From the NCBI GenBank assembly GCA_963977445.1, contig CAXBPH010000142.1, forward strand, positions 1-17,459: a DNA stretch of 17,459 bases. Reading direction: 5' to 3'. This DNA is from an uncultured bacterium. GTDB lineage: Bacteria; Hydrogenedentota; Hydrogenedentia; Hydrogenedentales; JAEUWI01. Below the pieces are notes generated by a model. The model searched no databases and was not told the origin of the DNA. It was given only the letters and a program-made list of their open reading frames with translations. Below, in pieces: positions 1 through 7,806 of the stretch. The stretch's first letter is position 1. The number at the start of each line of letters is the position of its first letter. A program made the translations under genes and the position numbers.

Positions 1-203
1 ACCTTGAAAGGACCTGTCGTTTCTCGCGATCGGGCATTCCCGGTTGAAGATCCGCCGCAGGAGGATTCGGGTGGCACCATCGGGGTGACATCGAAAAATC
101 GGGAGCCCGTCAAACGGATCTTGTGTACGTGCATGCTTTAATGCGATTGCCCTGATTCTAATTGTAGTTGCCGCCTCAAAACCCGGTATACTTGGCAGCA
201 ATC

Positions 204-1355
204 ATGGATGATATCACCGACAAAAAAACGCCGCGCAAGAGCCCAGGGGCACCGTTTTTCCTGGTGTCTATGACCTTCTATCTCCTAGTCGTCCACATGA
301 CGAGCCTGATGACCCTGCCGAACAGTCCGTCTGGCGGTCCGACGCACGCCTATCCCGATACCTGGACCTGGCTTTCCACGTTTCTGGACCGTCTCGCCGG
401 GGACTCCGCAACCCAATGCGCCTGGGTGGCCTTGCCGATTCTCTGGGGGTGTATGGTCTGCGTTTTTCTGCTCACCCGAGTCTTGGTTCCCGGCCCACCC
501 TGGTTGGGTTCGCTTTCGGGCACCTTTTTGATGGCCCATCCGGCCAAAACGGAAGTGCTGTTCAGTCCGCTGGGGCTTTACTATCTACTTGCCACGTTGA
601 CGGCACTGGCAGCGCTGCTGGCCTACGTTCACCTCCGAAAATACGGCGGATGGAAGCGCTATGCCCTTGCCACCCTGCTCTATTCCCTTGCCGTATTTCC
701 CTTCACCCTGAATGCCACGTTGTTCGGTCTGCTGTTGCTGGTCGAGTTTATGTGTGGCGAGGCGGAAGAGCGCAACTGGCTCCGACTCGTCCCCCTGCTC
801 GTGCTGACCATGATCAGCAATGGACTCCGCATAGGCACCCTCTATAGCGGGCTGCCCACACCCGATTCGATTCTATCGCCGCTATTTCTGGTGCTCTACC
901 CAATCGGACTGCTTCCGGAGACCCAAAATCACCTGGCGGCGAGCCCCGGGGAAGCCTGGTTATGGGGCATATTCACCGTCGCGTGTATGGTCGTACTTTT
1001 TGCCCTCGTAAATTCGAAGCCGCTTCGTCTGTCACTGCTGGCCATCCTTTTCTTTCGCCTTTATCCCGGCGCGCTCCCCATCGATTTGGTCACGCTCGAC
1101 GGGGCGGGCCAGCTCCTGCTGCCAATAGCGTTGGCGGGGATCGGACTTGCCGCGCTCAGCGCTTGGCTTATGCATTTCGAGACGTGGGCCCAACCGACGG
1201 TATCCCTCACCACCATTTTGTGTTTCATGCTGTTTATTCTGCAATTTCAGGCGAATCGCAATTTTGTACAATCCACCGACGACGCAGAAATCACGGTAAC
1301 GTCGAAGGATGTTCCCCGGCCACCACTACACCTGAATAGCGGGTCCCGTCCATGA
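204..1355 (+). CDS. Polytopic membrane protein, degenerate GT-C glycosyltransferase-like (TMTC/PMT/ArnT-type) membrane domain
   Basis: Long ORF with many hydrophobic segments. FLMAHPAKTEVLF...LLATLTALAALLAY resembles the LFAVHPxHTEAV...LLAxLFxLxALLxY stretch of TMTC-like GT-C proteins. ATG at 204 is preferred over TTG at 168. The stop overlaps the next start (ATGA 1352-1355). Confidence 0.65.
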   Translation: MDDITDKKTPRKSPGAPFFLVSMTFYLLVVHMTSLMTLPNSPSGGPTHAYPDTWTWLSTFLDRLAGDSATQCAWVALPILWGCMVCVFLLTRVLVPGPPWLGSLSGTFLMAHPAKTEVLFSPLGLYYLLATLTALAALLAYVHLRKYGGWKRYALATLLYSLAVFPFTLNATLFGLLLLVEFMCGEAEERNWLRLVPLLVLTMISNGLRIGTLYSGLPTPDSILSPLFLVLYPIGLLPETQNHLAASPGEAWLWGIFTVACMVVLFALVNSKPLRLSLLAILFFRLYPGALPIDLVTLDGAGQLLLPIALAGIGLAALSAWLMHFETWAQPTVSLTTILCFMLFILQFQANRNFVQSTDDAEITVTSKDVPRPPLHLNSGSRP

Positions 1356-4300
1356 AATCGTTGAACCCCTTTCTGACGTGCGCTCTGCTCATAGCGGCGC
1401 TCTGCCTTTCCCCGCCTACAGAGGCACAGGACAACATGGAAGGGCTGGGACCGATCTTTGAGCGCGGTTATGTGGCCCATTGGCTCGTGTGCGGTCCCTT
1501 TGAGCCCGATGTGACCGGCGGCATACTCGCCGCCATTCGGGATGATGCGGCCGTGCTCACCGACACCGATTTCATGGAGACCCGTGGCGGTATCGCCCGC
1601 ATGCGCCCCGACCATTTGATGCGTATCCCCACGGCCGATGGGGGAGAGTCTATCTGGCAACGTGCCGGTACGACGGGTCCCGAGCTTGACCTGGCGCCGT
1701 TTTTTCCCGGTGACCCCGTGGGCATTGCCTACGCGGCCTTCTACGTGGATTCTCCGAGCCTGACCCAGATTTTGCTCGATTTAGAATCGCCCCTTGGTGT
1801 GCGTGTGTGGTCCAACGGGTTCCCCATTGCCGACTACGAGCCCGGCCCACTCGATGCCGTGGGTAAGACGCAAGTGGCCGTGGCCTTACGGCGGGGCGGC
1901 AATCTGATTGTATTCGAGGTGCCCGGGGCCGACTACACGGCAATGGCCCGTGCCCGCAGCCTGAGTGTTGAGCAACTCACCGCCGGTGCCATGGCCAATC
2001 GACCCCGCTTGCGAAAAACCAGTGGTTTCGCCCTGTCCCTCCTGGTACACGATGCCCGTGGACTGGGAAAGAAGCTCCTCTACCTGCCCAACTTAAAAGA
2101 CGCGGGAACCTTTTCGGGTATTGCCGACGACCTCAAGCAGGACATGCTGCTGACCCTCCACAATCCGCTGACAGACATCTCCGAGCCGGTTCAGGCGTTG
2201 GTAACGGTACCCGGTGCCTCCTTACCCATACTCATTGAGATAGAGGCCCTGGACGCCGGAGAAACCCGCGAAATTCCCGTGGCGATTCCCCTCGCGAACA
2301 CCAGTCCTGGTTCGGCCATACCCATTTCCGTTCGGCTGGTCAGCGGAGACGCCGAATCTTCATTCTCGGACACCGTCACGGTAAACACGGGTACCGGCGA
2401 CAACGGTGTCGTTCGGGTGATCACGGGCCATACCATGGCCAAGGCCGACGGCCCGCCCTCCGACGAACTGTACCTGGGCAGTGTAAAACGACAGCTGCTC
2501 TTCAGCGAACAATCACCCGGCTATGGCTTCGATTTGGGCTACGCCTACGCCTGGCATAAGCCCTTTGTCGCCTTTCCCGAACTGCGCTTGAATCTCAAGC
2601 GAAGCGCCCAACAGGGGGCGGCCACGGTGCGGGGCGCCTATGCGCCCATTGATGAACGCGTGGTGGGGGGGACGGCGCTCTGGCGCAATTTGCAGCTCGG
2701 CCTGCACATGGCGGGCAGTCACCTCAACAGCAGCACCCCCCAGTATCTGAAATGGAATGAGCCCGGCATTGCCCCCCAAACGGCCCAACTGCTGCGCCTG
2801 ACCCCCATGGACGGCATCCTCACCAATCTGAGTACACCGGGTATGGCCCCCTTGAGTCGCCTCTACGACCTCACGGGGGAGACCCTCTACCTACGCCGAA
2901 AACTCACTGCGCCGGGTCCGGCAACCCTGGATGATCTTCGCGAAATGGTTGCCCTGCAACGGCGTGAGCTCCTCAACCAATCCATCGCCACCGACGTGTT
3001 GGTATTGGAAAACGTTGTTGCCCCGCCCGAGCCCTTCTATCGCGGCAACGTGGATGAGTTGGCCGGTGCCTTTCCCCGCATCGTGTTGGATGAGGGCGGT
3101 GCGGCGCGCTTTTTTGAGGACCTGAGCGTCTTGAATGACCAACAACAGGCTTCGATACCACCAGCGACCCTGAATCTGAATCTCGGCCAGCCTGGTGCCC
3201 TGTGGAGCCTGCCTGTACTCCAACATACCCACGCCCAACTCGCGCAGCAATTGGAAATGGCCGAGAGCCTGGCAACCCTAGCCAGCCTGCAGGGCTCCAC
3301 GTATCCCCACGCCGCTATGGAATTCTCGTGGCGGCAATTGCTCTATTACAGCACGCCGGAAACGCTCGGTGTACCGACAGACAATACGGCCGTTCTTGAC
3401 GCCCTCGCCGGGTATCGTGAAGTAGCCGAGTGGACTGCCGACAGCCTACGGCGGAGCACGGAGTATCTTGCGGGCCTTATTAATACATCGGGCACGGTGC
3501 CTCTGAATCAGGGTGACTTCCAGGCACTTGTGGTGTTCAATCCCTCGGGGGTAGAGACGACCACGCCCGTGGTCGCGCGAATTCCTGCCGCCGTGAACAC
3601 AGGCCTTCGCATCGTCGATAGTGGGGGCAGCCCCATCCAATCTGTCACCCGCCCTTACGAAAGCGAGCAACTTATCGAATTTGTCGCCGATGACCTCCCT
3701 TCCTACGGCTACAACACGTATTTCGTCCAGTCCGCCGAGCAGATTCTCCGCCCTGTCGCCGGGGAAGACACCCAGATCGAAAACGATCACCTCGCCCTCT
3801 TCCTCGATCCCAAGACGGGGGCTATTCAATCGCTCCTCGACAAATCCAACGGCACGGAAGTCAGTGGCGGTCTCCTGAATCAGATACTACTACTCCCCGA
3901 GAACAGCGCGGAAAATCGGGATGCGACGGAGCTCTGGACCCGAGGCCCTGAGGGGGACGGTGGGCAACCATCGAAGATATCCTCGGAACATTCGGCGTTC
4001 TATCAGCGACTGACGGTGACAACACCCCTTTCCGGCGGCACAATGGAACAACGCTACACCCTGTATGCGGGTGTTCCCTGGGTCGCCTGCGAAACGGTGT
4101 TAGACGGTGTCGATCTCAAAGGGAGGGCGGCGACCGCCTCTTTCGAGCTCCCCCATGAGGGTGCGAGTTTTCTCGTGGGTGAGCGATTGGCGACGGTGGT
4201 GGGTGCGCGGGGTCAGGCTGACTTTGTTCTCAAAACACGGGAAGGCGAAAACGCGGGGGGGACCGTTCCTTATCCAGCCCATGAATGGGTAGCCTTGAGC

Positions 4301-6169
4301 ACCAACGACGCGATTCAGGTGGGTAGGGGCGGCGTTGTCCCCTGGGAGCCCACCATAATTGTCTATGGCGAAGATAGGGTCCTCGAACGTGCGGCCCGGG
4401 ACCTGCAGCAGGCCCTAATCACACGAGGTATCCCAAGTATTCTCCAGCCCGATGCCCCGACGAAGCCAGATTTTCTCTGGACCGATGGCACGACGGAAAT
4501 GGACAGCAACACCTATTTAAAAGCGGGCTACCGCATGCGTGTTGTGGTGGGAAGTCCCGACCAGAATCGTTTTTGTGGCGGATTGATTGCCCAACTGTCG
4601 GAGCCGGTAATTCGAGATTATGCGGAGCATATACCCGGCGGCGCACGGCTCCTGATGCACGATACCAATGTGCCCGCGGGACGGGCCCCGGTGCCCACGC
4701 TGATGCTGGGCGGACTCACGCCTGCCCAAAGTGCCGAACTCACGGACAGTCTGACCCGTTCGGTGCGCACGGGACAACGCTATCTGCTGCCGCCATCGGC
4801 CTATGTGCCCACCGAGATCCAGCAAGAGACTTCGCAGGGCTGCGCCATTCTTTTCCCCGGTTCCATGTCGGCGTCTCAGCAACGCGATGGCCGATTGTTA
4901 CTCGGACTCCAACATTCGACCCCACTCGAAGCGCGGCGGGGTGATGCGGTTTCCATGCTCAACGAGACCACCTTTCGCTATGGTATATACCCCTTCAGCG
5001 GGACCTGGCGAGACGCCAATATCCCGACGGTCGCGGCGCGCTACAATGCCCGCCCCGTCACGGCACTTACCGCGATTCACCCCGGTGAATTGCCGGTACA
5101 ACAGTCCTTCCTGGAAGTCCGCCCCGAGGGATTGCGCGTCGGTGGGCTCAAGCCCGCTGGTTTTCCCACGACCACGAACACGCGTACCGCCTTTCACCCG
5201 AGAAACGGTTACAGCCTTCATGCCTGGGAAGCAACAGGGGAACGGTGGTCGGGCGTTTTACGCAGCAACACAAACGTGCTGGAAGCCCGAAGCGCCGACG
5301 TGCTGGAATTGCCCCAGACCCCGTGGTCTGTGTCGGGGAGAGACGTGAATCTGGAACTGGGTGGCTATGCCTTCGTGCCCTTGTGGTTCCTGCCTTCCGT
5401 ATCACGTCCTTTGGATGGGCTGGCCCGACTGGGACGGGAGGAAGAACCCTTCGGCGTGTTGGAAACCCGCTATTGGGACGAACGCCGGGGAGCAGCCCCC
5501 TTGCGTAAGATGCCCCTGGGCCTGCTGCTCCGTGGCGCGCTGGTGGGCGATACGCCTACCATTGAAGTGGTGGTGAGCAACCACAGCACCGACCGAACCG
5601 TACAGGGAACGGTCAACCTGGAGGCGACCTCCGGGCTGAGTTTTGGACCCCAGAATTTCTACTATAGTCTCTCGCCGGGCAAACAACATGTGGAGCCCAT
5701 CCATCTGGCCCGCACACCGGGTATGGACCCCGAAATGGCCGTCGTGGCAGAAACAGAGTTTGAACGACAGACCTATCGGGACGTTACCATGACCAACGAA
5801 GCGCCCTACGTGATGGAAACAACCCGCAACGGTGCCCAGATTCGGGTGGAGATACGAAACAACAGCAGCGTCTTTGGCAAAGGCTATCTGGATGCCATCG
5901 CCGCACCGACCCATTGGCCCGAGCTCGGTGAGTTTCCGACCCTATCCATCGCACCCCGACGAGCGGCCGTTTCGATTCCACCCTTCAAGTCACAGACCAT
6001 TTTATTTTCATTGAGCGAGCCCGACGCATCGATTCCGGTCGTGGTCAAACTCGCCGCCAACGGAATGGTGCGCTATGAACGCGTTGCCCCATCCGTGTCC
6101 CCTGTGCAGGAAGAGGCACCAGCACCGGCAGGCGCACCCGCACCGCCGCCACCTCGGGCACGCAATTAG
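1352..6169 (+). CDS. Large secreted multidomain protein with GH38 (alpha-mannosidase)-like scaffold, probably catalytically inactive
   Basis: 1605 aa with a Sec signal peptide (MKSLNPFLTCALLIAALCLSPPTEA|Q). N-terminal PA14-like domain (WLVCGPF...AYAAFYV...VRVWSNG...LRRGGNLIVF). GH38-like segments: VRGAYAPIDERVVGGTALWRNLQLG, LVVFNPSG, LPSYGYNTY, IENDHLALFLDPKTGAIQSLLDK, TFRYGIYPFSGTW. C-terminal Ig-like domains and a Pro/Ala tail. Confidence 0.8.
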   Translation: MKSLNPFLTCALLIAALCLSPPTEAQDNMEGLGPIFERGYVAHWLVCGPFEPDVTGGILAAIRDDAAVLTDTDFMETRGGIARMRPDHLMRIPTADGGESIWQRAGTTGPELDLAPFFPGDPVGIAYAAFYVDSPSLTQILLDLESPLGVRVWSNGFPIADYEPGPLDAVGKTQVAVALRRGGNLIVFEVPGADYTAMARARSLSVEQLTAGAMANRPRLRKTSGFALSLLVHDARGLGKKLLYLPNLKDAGTFSGIADDLKQDMLLTLHNPLTDISEPVQALVTVPGASLPILIEIEALDAGETREIPVAIPLANTSPGSAIPISVRLVSGDAESSFSDTVTVNTGTGDNGVVRVITGHTMAKADGPPSDELYLGSVKRQLLFSEQSPGYGFDLGYAYAWHKPFVAFPELRLNLKRSAQQGAATVRGAYAPIDERVVGGTALWRNLQLGLHMAGSHLNSSTPQYLKWNEPGIAPQTAQLLRLTPMDGILTNLSTPGMAPLSRLYDLTGETLYLRRKLTAPGPATLDDLREMVALQRRELLNQSIATDVLVLENVVAPPEPFYRGNVDELAGAFPRIVLDEGGAARFFEDLSVLNDQQQASIPPATLNLNLGQPGALWSLPVLQHTHAQLAQQLEMAESLATLASLQGSTYPHAAMEFSWRQLLYYSTPETLGVPTDNTAVLDALAGYREVAEWTADSLRRSTEYLAGLINTSGTVPLNQGDFQALVVFNPSGVETTTPVVARIPAAVNTGLRIVDSGGSPIQSVTRPYESEQLIEFVADDLPSYGYNTYFVQSAEQILRPVAGEDTQIENDHLALFLDPKTGAIQSLLDKSNGTEVSGGLLNQILLLPENSAENRDATELWTRGPEGDGGQPSKISSEHSAFYQRLTVTTPLSGGTMEQRYTLYAGVPWVACETVLDGVDLKGRAATASFELPHEGASFLVGERLATVVGARGQADFVLKTREGENAGGTVPYPAHEWVALSTNDAIQVGRGGVVPWEPTIIVYGEDRVLERAARDLQQALITRGIPSILQPDAPTKPDFLWTDGTTEMDSNTYLKAGYRMRVVVGSPDQNRFCGGLIAQLSEPVIRDYAEHIPGGARLLMHDTNVPAGRAPVPTLMLGGLTPAQSAELTDSLTRSVRTGQRYLLPPSAYVPTEIQQETSQGCAILFPGSMSASQQRDGRLLLGLQHSTPLEARRGDAVSMLNETTFRYGIYPFSGTWRDANIPTVAARYNARPVTALTAIHPGELPVQQSFLEVRPEGLRVGGLKPAGFPTTTNTRTAFHPRNGYSLHAWEATGERWSGVLRSNTNVLEARSADVLELPQTPWSVSGRDVNLELGGYAFVPLWFLPSVSRPLDGLARLGREEEPFGVLETRYWDERRGAAPLRKMPLGLLLRGALVGDTPTIEVVVSNHSTDRTVQGTVNLEATSGLSFGPQNFYYSLSPGKQHVEPIHLARTPGMDPEMAVVAETEFERQTYRDVTMTNEAPYVMETTRNGAQIRVEIRNNSSVFGKGYLDAIAAPTHWPELGEFPTLSIAPRRAAVSIPPFKSQTILFSLSEPDASIPVVVKLAANGMVRYERVAPSVSPVQEEAPAPAGAPAPPPPRARN

Positions 6170-6189
6170 TTTGGAGTTCAACATTCCCC

Positions 6190-7098
6190 ATGGACATTAA
6201 AGGCATCGCCTTTTTCTTGGGCCTGAGTTTTCTGCTCGTATTTATGCTGACTTTCGTCTTACTGGGCGAAGGTCTGCTTGCGTTCCGGTCACCGAGCCTC
6301 CTTCAATATCTGCTGCAGATGCTGCTCATGGGCATCCCCGCACTTGCCGCGCTGGCGACAGGCCTCATTCACCCAGCCAATGAGACCGACGCAAAACCAA
6401 CTCTCTGGCCGGTTCCGAAAGGTGCCGCGCTGCGGGTATTGGTCCTACCCATGACTCTCTTTGCCGTCGCTTATGGGGTAGCCACGGTCGGTGGCCTTAC
6501 CGTTCCCCAGTGGAATCTGGCCGGCGTGCTGAATCAGGTGGATGGAATTTCCAGCCGCCCCCTCCAACCCCACGTAAAAGCCATAGCGCCCTTCATCATT
6601 CTGGGGACGTACCCGGTCATCAGCATGCTACTGGGCGGCACCCTCTTTGCCGCCATTGCCCTGGGCTCCGAATTTGGATGGCGCGGGTATCTGCTACCCC
6701 GGTTGATGCCACTGGGGGCCCTGCCCGCCTATGTCCTCGGGGGGCTGTGCTGGGGACTCTGGTTTTTCCCCTTCATTTACGGCTGGCACCGCGAAGTGGG
6801 GGAGCTTAGCGGACTCCTGGGAAGCCAGATGCGATTTATCGCCACGGGCATCGTGCTCAGCGCCATCCTGGGACAAATAAAGCACCGTACCCACCATCTG
6901 GGACTCTGCGCCGTAGCCTTGGGCGGCGTGGTCGCACAGGCATCCGGAATATGGCCCCACTTGTTTCAACAGGCGTCACCGCCGTGGACGGGACCCATGG
7001 GCTGGTTCGTCATTGTCACCCTGGGGCTGAGCGCATTCGTACCCCAACTCTGGTCCAGTAAGCGTAGCGTGGTAGTGTCGGAAATCGACAACGAATAG
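6190..7098 (+). CDS. CPBP (CAAX protease/Abi) family intramembrane protein with degenerate catalytic motifs
   Basis: Multi-TM protein. ALGSEFGWRGYLLPRL and GGLCWGLWFFP match CPBP motifs 1 and 2 (canonical EExGWRG and WGLWH). Confidence 0.85.
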   Translation: MDIKGIAFFLGLSFLLVFMLTFVLLGEGLLAFRSPSLLQYLLQMLLMGIPALAALATGLIHPANETDAKPTLWPVPKGAALRVLVLPMTLFAVAYGVATVGGLTVPQWNLAGVLNQVDGISSRPLQPHVKAIAPFIILGTYPVISMLLGGTLFAAIALGSEFGWRGYLLPRLMPLGALPAYVLGGLCWGLWFFPFIYGWHREVGELSGLLGSQMRFIATGIVLSAILGQIKHRTHHLGLCAVALGGVVAQASGIWPHLFQQASPPWTGPMGWFVIVTLGLSAFVPQLWSSKRSVVVSEIDNE

Positions 7099-7118
7099 AG
7101 CCCGGATTAATCAGCAAA

Positions 7119-7436
7119 CACCGGCAGAGCCGGGGGAATGATGAAAGCCCCGGCAACGGGTCTGTTAAGTCCACGAAGTGGGCGACATAACGTAGCCCAG
7201 CGGCGAGCGTAGCGAGTCCTGGGTTTTGGTCGATACACGCTGGTACGAGCCCCAGCGGGGCGACATAGGGCGCGAATTGGGTCCCATCTCCGAAAATTCT
7301 ATGCCGCCCCTCCGGGCTAAGAGCGCTTAGACCGCCCTTTTCTGCAACACGGCAAAAATTACGCTGCTTGAGCTAACAATAGAAGAACTCGACGGAACGG
7401 CAGCGCCTGATGAATTCTCACCAGCAGAGCCGGTGG
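7119..7436. repeat. Pair of related hairpins in direct orientation, CACC(G/A)GCAGAGCCGG(G/T)GG, at 7119-7136 and 7419-7436; possible non-autonomous element ends
   Basis: Two 18-mers, 16/18 identical and 300 bp apart, each an imperfect palindrome around an AGA loop. Confidence 0.6.
7168..7318. repeat. REP/REPIN-like palindromic repeat cluster
   Basis: Related units AGTCCACGAAGTGGGCGACATA (7168-7189) and AGCCCCAGCGGGGCGACATA (7248-7267), an inverted copy TATGCCGCCCCTCCGGGCT (7300-7318), and a GTAG-CCCAG...CTGGG hairpin (7192-7223). Confidence 0.7.
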
Positions 7437-7485
7437 ATTAACTATGATTTAGCGAACTACACCGAATCGCCTCGCACCGCTGCAA

Positions 7486-7538
7486 TTTATTTGCACTACA
7501 AAGGGCGATAAAACACCCAAAATTTTAGTGCGAATAAA
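7486..7538. repeat. AT-rich inverted repeat; possible terminator or protein-binding site between convergent units
   Basis: TTTATTTGCACTA (7486-7498) pairs with TAGTGCGAATAAA (7526-7538) at 12/13 plus one G-U pair. Confidence 0.5.
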
Positions 7539-7579
7539 AATCGGGCAAGGCGTGATGCCTCGAGGAAAGGAAAGAAAAA

Positions 7580-7655
7580 TGGAGCGGGACACGGGGTTCG
7601 AACCCGCGACATCCAGCTTGGGAAGCTGGCACTCTACCAACTGAGTTAGTCCCGC
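7580..7655 (-). tRNA. tRNA-Gly (CCC)
   Basis: The reverse complement GCGGGACTAACTCAGTTGGTAGAGTGCCAGCTTCCCAAGCTGGATGTCGCGGGTTCGAACCCCGTGTCCCGCTCCA folds into a 76-nt cloverleaf with anticodon CCC and an encoded CCA. Confidence 0.98.
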
Positions 7656-7670
7656 TCACGAAGTAGGGAA

Positions 7671-7699
7671 AGTCTATCAAGTTGTCGTGGGCCTGTCAA
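7671..7699 (-). promoter_or_regulatory. Sigma70-type promoter for tRNA-Gly
   Basis: Minus strand TTGACA (7699-7694), 17-nt spacer, TAGACT (7676-7671), just upstream of the tRNA. Confidence 0.8.
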
Positions 7700-7806
7700 C
7701 AAATTATGGCGTGGTGTGACGCTACCGTGCGATGAGGAAGAACCATACATCGTGCGCGGAGGTGCTGCGAGTCCGGAGGCAGCTGTTTGCTTCAACGCTG
7801 TTATCG

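Noticed and set aside
1..134. Open frame on the - strand from an ATG at 134 running off the left edge (MHVHKIRLTGSRFF...)
   Set aside because: Short, with no recognisable motif or RBS; it cannot be supported without the flanking sequence.
162..192. Possible promoter for the three-gene cluster (TATACT at 187-192)
   Set aside because: The -10 is good, but there is no convincing -35 at 16-18 nt spacing, so it was left uncalled.
204..7098. Calling the three degenerate enzyme genes pseudogenes
   Set aside because: The frames are full length with intact signal peptide, TM segments and coupling; the losses are concentrated at catalytic positions.
7099..7450. CRISPR array
   Set aside because: The repeats are few, degenerate, in mixed orientation and irregularly spaced, and there are no cas genes.
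7449..7640. Short ORFs over tRNA-Gly (and 11863-12233 over tRNA-Leu)
   Set aside because: They are translations of tRNA genes, not proteins.
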